Positions 10,303 to 19,446 are shown, counted from the stretch's first letter. The stretch is DNA of 64,000 nucleotides from an uncultured Acidobacteriota bacterium (GCA_963789815.1 CAWBMG010000009.1:137103-201102), one strand, 5' to 3'. Translations and numbers: made by a program. Notes: a model not told the origin generated them from the sequence alone.

Positions 10303-11639
10303 TCACAACGCCCAATTTTCCCAACTCCAAACTGCCGACTGCCTACTACCATCGAAATTCTTCCTGAGCCCCTGCCAGTGCATGTAGTAGTCGCGCTCGA
10401 GCAGGTCTGTTTCAAGGGCGAACCTGGTCGGCCTGATCGGAAGCTGGGTTTCGAAGAGAAACACCATGGTGTCGTCGAGGTACTGCGGTTTCAGCTGGGC
10501 GTTTCGACCCCGCTCATAGCCTCCGCATCCGGCCCATGACCTGACATGCAGTTGTGCAGGCTCGCGCTTCCGGGGCCAAAACCGTCCGACTTGCCGATGT
10601 ACTGCCCAGAGATCAATCCCAAGAACTCGCTGGCGACGTTTCGATGAAACGGAGGTGGGCGAAACGTGTGCTCAGCGACGGTCCAGCGAGGTGGAAAGCA
10701 GCCGAGCTCCATGTTCGACGTTCCCGGCACGCCTGTCGGCGAGGCCAGCACGCAGTAGATTGATGGATCCGGGTGATCAAACGTCACGGTGTTGATGCAC
10801 TGGAACCGATAGAGGTCGTATTTGAACGGCACGTAGTTGCCGCGCCAGGCAACGATGTCGAGCGGGGAGTGATCGATCACGGCCTCCCACAACCCACCGC
10901 CATACTTGGCGACCACACGGAAATCGCCCTCGCGATCTTCGTACGCCGCGACCGGTGCGAGAAAGTCGCGCGCGTTGGCAAGACCAAACGTCCCAATTGG
11001 TCCGAGATCGGGAAGTCGAAGATTCTGTCCGTAGTTCTCGCAGATGTATCCGCGCGCCGAACCGTCAGGAAGCTCGACACGGAACTTGATCCCTCGTGGG
11101 ATGAGGCAGACCTCGCCCGGCTTCACGTCAAGCACACCGAGCTCGGAATGGATGCCAAGCGCGCCGACCTGCGGAACGATCAGCAGCTCGCCATCCGCGT
11201 CGTAGAAAAACCGATCGCGCATCGAGGTGTTCGCCGCATACACGTGGATGGCCGCGCCCGTCTGGCCGGCAGGGTCACCGTTGCCCCCGAGCGTGACTAT
11301 GCCATTCACGAAGTCGGTCGGGTCAGACGGAATCGGCATCGGCCTCCAGCGCAGCTGGTTCGGCGTTGGGGGCACTTCGTTGAACGGACCGCTTCGAATC
11401 AGTCGGCTGCCGATCGACGCGAACGGCTTGTGCATTGCGGACGGTCGGATGCGATAGGTCCATGTAGACCGGCTCACACCGCGCGGCGCCGTGAAGGCCG
11501 TCCCGTTCAGTTCCTCGATGTACAACCCGAACGGCGGCTTCTGTGGCGTGTTCTGATCACGGGGCAATGCGCCGGCGAGCGCTTCGGACGCGAACTCGTT
11601 GCCAAAGCCAGACTGATAAGAACGCTGGGTTGGGGACAT
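10303..11639 (-). pseudogene. hmgA: homogentisate 1,2-dioxygenase, frameshifted near the 3' end (pseudogene or assembly indel)
   Basis: The N-terminus [46 protein letters not shown] is classic HGD. ORF 10491..11639 stops after GHGPDAEA. A second frame continues [55 protein letters not shown] to the stop at 10303-10305. One base is missing near 10518-10520. Confidence 0.85.
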
Positions 11640-11689
11640 GGCCGAAGTAGGCTATCGCCCGCAACACGTGGCGTCAAATTCGCGAGAAC

Positions 11690-11867
11690 GAAGGGAGCGG
11701 AGGGGGCGGAGGAAACGGAGGGAACGGAGACGACGGAGGAAACGGGATCACACGGAGCAACGGAGGAACGGAGATAAACGGAGAATCTTTACCTCCGTGT
11801 CTCCGTTCCTCCGTGTGATCCCGTTTCCTCCGTGTGATCCCGTTTCCTCCGTCCCCTCCGTTCCCTC
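11690..11867. repeat. long imperfect palindrome built from CGGAGG/CCTCCG units, with 21-bp direct repeat
   Basis: The left arm is GGAGGAAACGGAGGGAACGGAGACGACGGAGGAAACGGGATCACACGGAG... The loop is near 11787-11790. The right arm carries two copies of CTCCGTGTGATCCCGTTTCCT (about 11808-11849). It fills the gap between the cotH-like stop and the hmgA start. Confidence 0.8.
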
Positions 11868-11874
11868 TCGACGG

Positions 11875-13332
11875 TCAGCGCGCGCCCTGCAGCAGGTACG
11901 CGCGACGCCGATCGACGAAGCTCTTCAAGCTCTCCGGTCCGCTGGCGACGCCAGACTGGAACGCTTCGAAGCTGTAGATCTTTCGCGTGTCGATCTTCAT
12001 GTCTTCTGCGATAAGCGCCTGGTACTGCCGGACGAGTGGCTCGAGCGTTTTCCAATCCAGCCACTTCTCGGCGATGTCCCGAACGTACCCGAGGTACCGC
12101 GTGCGAAGTGCGGGCACTGCCAGGAGCTTTGAGCGCAGTGGCTTCGTCGGATCGTTCACCGCAACGAGCGGGTCGAGGTTCACGCCGCCCCCTCCAAAAC
12201 CGAAACCGGTCTCTTCCGACAGCCCCTCGTTGACGTCGTGGGGAATGACGTGGAAACGGCCCTGGGGGTCCTCGTAGATGTTGTAATCGCTGGCTCGCGT
12301 CCAGTAGCCATCGCTGTTGACGAGGGCGACCTCCAAGGCCAGGAACTTGAGCGTTCCGTCGATGTCGAGCAGCGGCGACAGCGCTGCTTCGAGCTTCTCG
12401 GCCGGCGTTTCGTTGAGCACGCGGAACATCCGGATGAGGTCGCCCCAGGCCTTCGGGTCGTCCTTGGTATGGATTTCGTACAACCGTCGGTACGAAGCGA
12501 GGTTTTCTCCGAGGTACTCCATACCGCCTTGCCCTCTCGGGCTGCCGGGCACCTTCCACCGGGGGCCTTTTGAGGAGGAAAACCATTCGCGCGTGAAATC
12601 GGAATTGAACTGCTGGGCGTTTATGTAGACACCCCAGCTCTCGTCGTTGACGACGACGCGCGCGTAGTTGGTCTTGGGCATTGGCACGTAGTGCCGGGCG
12701 ATCTCGGAGTAGATCAGCGTCCGGACGAGTGTCGGATCGCCGTTGCCGTTCAGCAGATTCAGGGTGCGATACCCCCTGAGGCGCTGCGCATCGTGAACGA
12801 AGTCGAACGAGAGATTGAGTGACTTCTTCGCGCCCTCGGCCACCATCCTGTAGGAGGACATGCCACGGAAGTGCACGCCGACCTCGCGATAAGTTTGCCC
12901 GTCAACCGTTGCGGTTGCCGGAACCTCCACATCCGTGTTGTAGAAGGCGGCGAGCTCGTCCTCCCAGTCGCTGCTGTCAAAGCGGAGGAAGATCGTGCGG
13001 AGCGTGCCGGCGTCGTAGAGCGGTGTAGTAAACGACTTGACCTGGGCCGGGGACAACTTCCGGCCCTCCGATGCAGGTGCGGCTCCACGGCCGCCAAAGC
13101 CTCCGAACCGCCGTCGTCCGAATCCTCGGCCGCCCGTCGAGCTCGTCAACCATTCACGAGCCAGTTTCCGTTCGGCGGCGTCGAGCCGCCCATCGGCGTC
13201 CTTGTCAAACTGCTTGACTACTTGTTGCTCGGCTGAGCCGAACCCGAAGAAACCCTGCGCCCCCGCTGGGTACTGCGCGGAAGCCAACACCGCCAATATG
13301 CTTGCGAGCCTCCAAGCGGTCCCCTTGGTCAT
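11875..13332 (-). CDS. secreted CotH-family atypical kinase
   Basis: Signal peptide MTKGTAWRLASILAVLASA. EF-hand-like loop DKDADGRLDAAE. CotH core motifs: LNLSFDF, YRTLNLLNGNGDPTLVR, YSEIARHYVP, ESWGVYINAQQFN, HVIPHDVNE. Confidence 0.85.
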   Translation of the reverse strand: MTKGTAWRLASILAVLASAQYPAGAQGFFGFGSAEQQVVKQFDKDADGRLDAAERKLAREWLTSSTGGRGFGRRRFGGFGGRGAAPASEGRKLSPAQVKSFTTPLYDAGTLRTIFLRFDSSDWEDELAAFYNTDVEVPATATVDGQTYREVGVHFRGMSSYRMVAEGAKKSLNLSFDFVHDAQRLRGYRTLNLLNGNGDPTLVRTLIYSEIARHYVPMPKTNYARVVVNDESWGVYINAQQFNSDFTREWFSSSKGPRWKVPGSPRGQGGMEYLGENLASYRRLYEIHTKDDPKAWGDLIRMFRVLNETPAEKLEAALSPLLDIDGTLKFLALEVALVNSDGYWTRASDYNIYEDPQGRFHVIPHDVNEGLSEETGFGFGGGGVNLDPLVAVNDPTKPLRSKLLAVPALRTRYLGYVRDIAEKWLDWKTLEPLVRQYQALIAEDMKIDTRKIYSFEAFQSGVASGPESLKSFVDRRRAYLLQGAR

Positions 13333-13343
13333 TCGAGCGCCCT

Positions 13344-15077
13344 CTATCGTTGTGCCTTCAACAGGAAGGCTCGCCGGCGGTCCACAAAACTCTTCACGCT
13401 CTCTTCGTTGCCACTCACGCCGGCCTGAAACTCTTCGAAGGTGTAGAGCTTGCGGGTATCAGCCTTGACGTGTTCCGCGATGAGGGAATGATACTGCCGG
13501 ACGAGCGGTTCGAGCGTACGCCAGTCGAGCCACTGCTGGGCGATCTCGCGCACGTAGCCGAGGTATCGCGTGCGCAGCGCCGGCACTGCGAGCAGTTTCG
13601 ATCGCAGTGGCTTGCTCGCATCGTCGAGTCCAACGAGGGGGTCCAGATCCACCCCGGCCTGCCCGAACATGGGCGGAAATTGGAAGCCGGGGGGAAGCCC
13701 GGCGGCGGTCCTCCGCCGGGAAATCCTGGCGGCCCGCCGGCGCGCGGGAACCCGGGAGGGGGCTGGAAGCCCGGCGGCGGAAATCCTGGAGGGGGTCCGC
13801 CCCGTCCACGTCCTGGCCCACCACCCTCATCGGCGAGAGCTTCGTTCACGTCGTGAGGAATGAGGTGAAAGCGTCCCTTCTCGTCTTGATAGATGCTGTA
13901 GTCGCTCGCGCGCACCCAGTAACCGTCACTGTTGACCAACGCCACTTCCAGCGCCAGAAACTTCAGAGTCCCATCGACGTCCAGCATCGGGGCAAGCGCA
14001 GCTTCGAGCTTGTCCGGGGGCGTCTCGTTGAGGACCCGAAACATTCGAATGAGATCTCGTCCACGACTTCTCGTCGTCTCGCGTCCTGATCTCGTAGATG
14101 CTCTTGTACGGGGCGGCGTTTTCGCCCAGGTACGCCATGCCGCCCTGCCCAAAGGGGCTGCCTGGGACCCTCCATCGGGCTCCGCGTCGTGTGGAGAACC
14201 AGTCGTTCACGAAATCGGCATTGAACTGTTGCGCGTTCACATAGACGCCCCAGTTCTCGCCGTTGATAACCGCGCGAAGGTAGTTCATCTTTGGGGTCGG
14301 TACGTAATGCCGAGCGATTTCCGAGTACAAGAGACCGCGAACCAACGTCGGGTCGCCGTTCCCATTGAGAAGGTTGAGCGTCCGATATCCCAACAGACGC
14401 TGATCGTCGTTGACGAAGTCGAATGCGAGGTTCAGCGATCGCTTGGAGCCCTCCGAAGCAAACATGAAGGAGGACATGCCGCGAAAGTGAACGCCGACGT
14501 CTGGGTACGTCTTGCCATCGACGGTGACAATGGCCGGGACATCGACATCGGTGTTGTAGAAATCGGCAAGTTCCTTCTCCCAGTCGGGGCTCTCGAACTG
14601 CATGAACAAGGTTCGAAGCGTGCCTGTGTCGTAGAGCGACTCAGTTCCGTACGAGCGCACGTCTGCGGGCGAAAGCCGCCGGCCCGTGGACGAGGGCGCG
14701 AAACCGCGACCACCGAGCAACGCTGCCATCCCTCCGGGCGGAGGAGGCCCGAATCGTCCCAGTAGGCCCGCGAGACCCGCTGGGGGTTGGCTCGCCAACC
14801 ACTCCCGCGCGGCCTTGCGCTCGGCGCCATCGAGCCGGCGATCGCCGGTCTTGTCGAACTGGCGAACGAGCGGCCGTTCCTGAAGCATGGCCGCAAAATC
14901 TGGCGGGAATCCGCCGGGCGGTCCGGGAGATCCGGCCGGGCGTTGGGCAGCTGGTGAGTACTGAAAGACGACGAGCCCAAGAATCCCGGCCATGGCACAC
15001 GTCAGAGGCCAACCCGTGCGCGGCGCGTGGTTGGCGCCGCCGGTTTGCGCTTCACTTGATGCAACGTGTTCGGTCAT
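13344..15077 (-). pseudogene. CotH-family atypical kinase paralog with Pro/Gly-rich insertion, two frame disruptions
   Basis: Three ORF pieces (13926..15077, 13415..14152, 13344..13670) align colinearly with the neighbouring CotH. The first shift is at W|DLIRMFRVL (about 14056-14059). The second is inside a G6 run (13689-13694), within the GGPPPGFPPPGFQPPPGF region. Confidence 0.8.
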
Positions 15078-15769
15078 CGCTCGTTCCTTTGCTGCTCTTC
15101 GGAACCACTTCGCTGCAACGTGACGCCTTGAACACCCTCAAGCCGATTCAAGGCCGTCACGAGCTCATGAGCCGACTCTTCTCTGCGCAACGCTGTCTGG
15201 TACAACACCTCGGTCGCGATTCCCTGGCGTGCGGTAGAGATCGTCACGAGACGCCGCGCTCCAAGGTACGTGTCAAGTGTCGGTCCAAGCAACGCGTTCA
15301 CATCGTGTCCGATGCCGACGCGCACCTGAAGCGTGAAGGGAAACTGTGCCCCTTCCTCTTCCTGTGGAATCGACTGCTTCCTCATCGCGAATGCCGCGAT
15401 AGCGACGATCACGATCCCGGAGAGCGCCACCCACACGTTGCTGGCGCCGACGGCCATTCCAACCGCGACGGCAAAAATCACGTATGCCGTGTCCTGAGTG
15501 TCACGAACCACGGTGCGAAAACGGACGATGGACAGCGCGCCGACCAGGCTGAACGCGCGAGCAACGTTGTCGCCAATGACCTGAGTCACCATCGCGATCA
15601 AAACCGACAGCAGCACCAGCGTTGTCGTAAATGATGACGGCGGTTCACGCCGTGAGCGACGATAGATGAAGGCAACCACTGCCCCCAGCACGAGCGCCGA
15701 AAAGAGTCGCAGCAACACCTCGAACATCGAGGTGGGATGTCCTTCGAACGGCCGCAGGAAATCAGGCAT
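15074..15769 (-). CDS. DUF4956 membrane protein
   Basis: Multi-TM N-part with ARAFSLVGALSIVRFRTVVRDTQDTAYVIFAVAVGMAVG, plus a soluble C-terminal domain of about 100 aa. It overlaps the VTC gene stop (8 nt) and the CotH start (ATGA). Confidence 0.8.
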   Translation of the reverse strand: MPDFLRPFEGHPTSMFEVLLRLFSALVLGAVVAFIYRRSRREPPSSFTTTLVLLSVLIAMVTQVIGDNVARAFSLVGALSIVRFRTVVRDTQDTAYVIFAVAVGMAVGASNVWVALSGIVIVAIAAFAMRKQSIPQEEEGAQFPFTLQVRVGIGHDVNALLGPTLDTYLGARRLVTISTARQGIATEVLYQTALRREESAHELVTALNRLEGVQGVTLQRSGSEEQQRNER

Positions 15770-16511
15770 GGACGTCGCTGCCAGTCGCGGCCGACGACTC
15801 GTCGACGGCGCGCACGTGCCCGAGCGCCGTCATCCCGAACCGATATTTCGATGCGGTCTGGGGAGCGAGTTTGAACTCCTCAATAAGACGCTTGAAGACT
15901 GCCGGCAAATACCCGCGGAACTTCATTTCCAGGATCAGTTGCCCGTCGAGGATCGCGGTGCCAGCGTCTCCGTTGAAGTGCGCCTCCTCTATGGGTGCGA
16001 CGCTCACTGAGTCGTCCAGGGTGAGTCGGGCGGATGCGCCATTCACCAGCGTTCCGCGCGCCATGCGGTGATAGGAGAGCTGGCAGGCCGGACCGAGGCC
16101 CCGAGCCAATAGGCGCCGGTGAAACCAGTGGCCTGGCCAGTCACCATCAGGCTCGGGTTGCTTCAGGTTCACCAGAACGTCGAGGGGCGTCTTGGTTCGT
16201 CGCTTGACCACGATGCCGGGTTTCCTCAACTTACGTTCAAGGAATACGAAGTCGCTGTCGGTATAGCGGCGAATGCGGTACTTTGCCCTGCCAAACGAGC
16301 CTCGCCGGTGGAAGACATCGAAATCCGCCGTGTCAAAGTAGAGACTCGCGGTCCGGTACTCATCACCATGGGGCCCAGTGCCGTAGGGGTCGGCCTGGAG
16401 GTGGGTGCGAGCCCACTCGCGAACGCGCTCACCAAGGTCAGGGTCCACCACGAACTTGATCTCCGAAGCGAATGCGCGCGCCTCTCTGCTATCGACCATG
16501 TTGTTAGACAA
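15762..16511 (-). CDS. VTC-domain (triphosphate-tunnel, polyphosphate-polymerase-like) protein
   Basis: SEIKFVV (the ExK of the CYTH/TTM tunnel), ASLYFDTADFDVFHRR, KYRIRRY and VFLERKLRKPG match the bacterial 'polyphosphate polymerase domain-containing protein' family as I recall it. Confidence 0.75.
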   Translation of the reverse strand: MSNNMVDSREARAFASEIKFVVDPDLGERVREWARTHLQADPYGTGPHGDEYRTASLYFDTADFDVFHRRGSFGRAKYRIRRYTDSDFVFLERKLRKPGIVVKRRTKTPLDVLVNLKQPEPDGDWPGHWFHRRLLARGLGPACQLSYHRMARGTLVNGASARLTLDDSVSVAPIEEAHFNGDAGTAILDGQLILEMKFRGYLPAVFKRLIEEFKLAPQTASKYRFGMTALGHVRAVDESSAATGSDVHA

Positions 16512-16627
16512 TACGCCAAACGTTACACGGCGGACACACGGGTGTTACCTTGACTGCGCAAAAATCGGAGTTTTTACGAATTCTTTACCTTTTCGGGCGG
16601 GGTGAGGCTGCGGCGAGTGGGGCGTAG

Positions 16628-16654
16628 GGCGGGTCCTGCTTTTTTGGACCCGCC
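16628..16654 (-). terminator. GC-rich hairpin downstream of the CMD-family gene
   Basis: GGCGGGTCC-TGCTTTTTT-GGACCCGCC is a perfect 9-bp stem, 4 nt after the stop at 16658. There is no U-tail on the minus strand, so terminator function is inferred only. Confidence 0.4.
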
Positions 16655-16657
16655 AAG

Positions 16658-17203
16658 TCACAAGGGAATCAGGGCAGGCATCGCTCCCTGGGGTAACGGT
16701 GTGCGTGCGACATTCATCAGCATCGCGAGCGTCGTGTAGTAGCCCACCGCCCCCACCAGATCGACCACGCCCTGCTCACCGAATGCCGCGACTGCGCGCG
16801 CGTACGTGATGTCGCTGACGGCTTTGTCGCGCTGCAGCTCGACGAAGAAGTCGTAGATGAGGGCTTCGTGGGGCGCCATCCCATCGGGTTGCTCGCCGAG
16901 TGCGATCGCGTCGATGATCGCCGGGCTGAGACCCGCATCGAGCGCGATAGGCGCGTGAACGAACCATTCATACTGCTGCGTCCACGCTCTGGCGGTAAGC
17001 AGGATGACCATCTCACGCAGCCGCGGCTCGAGCGAGTGATCGAACCGCAGATACTCCCCCAGCCGCTGAAGACGACGACTGAACTCGGGGCTGCGAAGCG
17101 CGGGAACAAACGGGCCTCCCAATTCGCCCCGCCGGCCCGAGACGATCTCCTGAGCCGCTAGCCTTTGGGCCGCTGTCATCTTGTCCGTCGCAATCGGCGG
17201 CAT
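16658..17203 (-). CDS. carboxymuconolactone decarboxylase (AhpD-like) family protein
   Basis: The pattern MPPIATDKMTAAQRLAAQEIVSGRRGELGGPFVPALRSPEF is typical of the CMD family. The start is moved to ATG 17201-17203 because the ORF-track N-terminus (MWELGL) is a translated GGGAGTTGGGA repeat. Confidence 0.75.
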   Translation of the reverse strand: MPPIATDKMTAAQRLAAQEIVSGRRGELGGPFVPALRSPEFSRRLQRLGEYLRFDHSLEPRLREMVILLTARAWTQQYEWFVHAPIALDAGLSPAIIDAIALGEQPDGMAPHEALIYDFFVELQRDKAVSDITYARAVAAFGEQGVVDLVGAVGYYTTLAMLMNVARTPLPQGAMPALIPL

Positions 17204-17266
17204 TCTATCTTTGGTGAACTCAGTCAATCCCAACTCCCACACAACCCAGCCACCCAGCTACCTAGC

Positions 17267-18169
17267 CTACCTAGCCCCGACAATCCTATCGAGCAACGTA
17301 CGCCGCGTGGTCTCGAGCGTGAACGCCAAAGACTCGCGAGGGATGCTCGTGACGAACGGCCCGACTATCCAGCCGAGACCGAAGGGAATTCCACGCGTCA
17401 GCGAGATCGACTCGCACTCGATGTACACGCCGCCGTCTCGCTCGAGAAATCTCCAATACGTATTGAGACGCCACAAGTATCCGCCGCCACTCCCGACGGG
17501 CTCTTCGTGCTCACCGGGCTCGTCCGGATTGATAACTTCGGCAATGCGGGTGCTGGAGATGCGACTACGAGCTCGCCCGTCGCTCTCTCGCGTGAACCGC
17601 GCGTCGTGCTCGGTGTTCATCACGACCGTGATGACCTTCTTCATGGTGAAGCGAAGGAAGACCTGGAACTCATCTCCATCCCGTTTCAGGATACGAGAAC
17701 GGGCGACTGCCGGAGCATAGATGCTGGCGTGGCGGTCGTAGTCCTGCAGGAGCGACACAGCCCCGTTCACGGACCCACCAAGCACGAAGACCGTGCCGAC
17801 CCAGTGGTGAATCAAGCCGTCCGGTACATCAACCTCTCGCCCGCCTTCGCGTACCCTGAGCCGCTCAATGACGAGCGTCCCTCGCCTGACCTCCGCGAGC
17901 TTTGACTCGCGCTGCGAGACCGGTAATGAATCAAGCCAGAGAAAACCGCCAGCCTCCATTCGCGGCTCGGCCAATGAGACGTAGCGCTGGAAGGCTGCGA
18001 CGGTTGAGGGGAGGAGGTCGGCCCCATCCGACTGCGATGGTACTAAGGTGAGAGCTATCGCAAATCCCAAACAGGTCTTAGCAATCGTACACACGTCTCT
18101 AGGTCTCCACGTCTCAATGTGCAAAAGCCTTGAGAACGGGCTCGCGGAATGTTCAGCCGAACCGGACAT
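17267..18169 (-). CDS. hypothetical protein (possible START/SRPBCC-like lipid-binding fold)
   Basis: 300-aa ORF with coding-like composition and an N-terminal hydrophobic segment (CLGFAIALTLV). I recognise no family motif with certainty. Confidence 0.55.
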   Translation of the reverse strand: MSGSAEHSASPFSRLLHIETWRPRDVCTIAKTCLGFAIALTLVPSQSDGADLLPSTVAAFQRYVSLAEPRMEAGGFLWLDSLPVSQRESKLAEVRRGTLVIERLRVREGGREVDVPDGLIHHWVGTVFVLGGSVNGAVSLLQDYDRHASIYAPAVARSRILKRDGDEFQVFLRFTMKKVITVVMNTEHDARFTRESDGRARSRISSTRIAEVINPDEPGEHEEPVGSGGGYLWRLNTYWRFLERDGGVYIECESISLTRGIPFGLGWIVGPFVTSIPRESLAFTLETTRRTLLDRIVGAR

Positions 18170-18330
18170 TGGTCATTTGCCGGAACAGCCAGGCCGAGAT
18201 CCATGGTTTTATTTCAGACGGTACTGGCACTGGTCCTCTAATTCGCGCAAGATATGGAAAGTTCGTCGCTTGACGCTAATTACCTCCAAGAGAATCCCAC
18301 GACGCCCTCCAGCCGAGAAGCTCATCCATC

Positions 18331-19446
18331 ATGTCTGACATCGAACAACGTAGCGAAAATCTTCGTCAAGGCGCCGAAGGGCTGCCGGTTCCCATCCGCG
18401 AAGGGCTTCCACCGACGTTTCGTATGCGTGCGGATTCTCATTACGTCGAAGAGCTCGAGTCGACGCCTCTTAACTCAGCTGTCAAGCTCGTGGATGCCCG
18501 ATCCATCGAGGTTCGTGGAGACGAACCGCACCCGGCTGTGGACTTCGTCGAGTCGATCAAGCAGCACGGGGTCCTCCAGCCTCTCCTGGTCCAAACGCGT
18601 GGCGGCCGCTATCGACTGATCGCGGGACGCAAGCGACTAGCCGCGGCCATTGCCGCTGGACTTCGCGAAGTCCCCTGTCTGGTTCAGCGGGTGGACGAGG
18701 ACCAGGCGATCGCGCTGGCAGAGGCGACAAACCTGCCGTCAGTCAGCGCATCGGGTGTCGTTGGAACCGCGATCTCGTTGAGCGCCGTTCCCGCTACCGT
18801 GGATGCCGCGGCCGAAGCGCTCGCACAGTCCCTGTCGGCACTCGCGTCGTCTGCAAACTTGCTTTCGGGAGGTTCACAACTCACCCAAACCGTAGCCGCA
18901 GACCTGGTTAGGGCAGAAGCGGCACGCGCCCTCCAGCTGCTCCTCGCGGGCCGTGTTCTGCGCGGAGATGTAGCCATTGCCAGGACTCGAGTGCCCGTGA
19001 AGGTCATCGTTGACCGCGCGATGCAGATCACAGCCGCCGAACGCCATCTTCGAGGCGCTGACGTGCGCCTCAATGTGGAAGGAACACGGGACGCGATGGT
19101 GCGCGGTGACGAAGAGCTGCTCTCCGGCGCTGTTGCTGGTCTGATGATGACAACCGTGGTCCTCGTCGGCGACCTTCGAGGTCCAGTCGTGCTCACGACC
19201 TCGGCTCGTCCTGACGGTCGAATCGCAATGACGGTTTCTCAGGAATCGCTCACCGTGCCGGAGTCGTGGATTGCCGCGACGTTCGACACCCCTTGGCCGA
19301 TCGCTACCGCGACCTCGAGCGGCTTGCTGCTGATGCAGGCGGCTCGGCGAATCGCGGAGGCTCACGGCGGAGACGCGATCGCGACATCGACGGAGAGCGG
19401 CATCAGCTTCTCCATCGTGCTTCCGGTCGCACTTCGCGAAATGTAG
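18331..19446 (+). CDS. ParB/Srx N-terminal domain fused to a degenerate histidine-kinase-like (DHp+HATPase) module
   Basis: ParB-N box: HGVLQPLLVQTRGGRYRLIAGRKRLAAAIAAGLREVPCLV. The C-half has a HATPase_c-like layout (VRGDEELLSGAVAGLMMTTVV...SSGLLLMQAARRIAEAHGGDAIATSTESGISFSIVLP). It lacks the H-box His, the N-box Asn and the DxGxG box. Confidence 0.7.
   Translation: MSDIEQRSENLRQGAEGLPVPIREGLPPTFRMRADSHYVEELESTPLNSAVKLVDARSIEVRGDEPHPAVDFVESIKQHGVLQPLLVQTRGGRYRLIAGRKRLAAAIAAGLREVPCLVQRVDEDQAIALAEATNLPSVSASGVVGTAISLSAVPATVDAAAEALAQSLSALASSANLLSGGSQLTQTVAADLVRAEAARALQLLLAGRVLRGDVAIARTRVPVKVIVDRAMQITAAERHLRGADVRLNVEGTRDAMVRGDEELLSGAVAGLMMTTVVLVGDLRGPVVLTTSARPDGRIAMTVSQESLTVPESWIAATFDTPWPIATATSSGLLLMQAARRIAEAHGGDAIATSTESGISFSIVLPVALREM

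Noticed and set aside
10306-10336. CCCAATTTTCCCAACTCCAAAC, a possible further copy of the GGGAGTTG repeat
   Set aside because: After frameshift correction this stretch is the last about 10 codons of hmgA (...SAVWSWENWAL*). It may be repeat-derived, but it is one-armed and coding, so I did not count it as an element.
12680-12695. TGGCAC-GTAGT-GCCGG inside the CotH coding region
   Set aside because: It contains TGGCAC but lacks GC at the -12 position, and it lies within a coding sequence. Treated as a chance occurrence.
17204-17242. ORF-track start MWELGLTEFTKDR of the CMD-family gene
   Set aside because: ATGTGGGAGTTGGGATTG is a copy of the GGGAGTTGGGA repeat unit. An internal ATG (17203) gives a normal family N-terminus.
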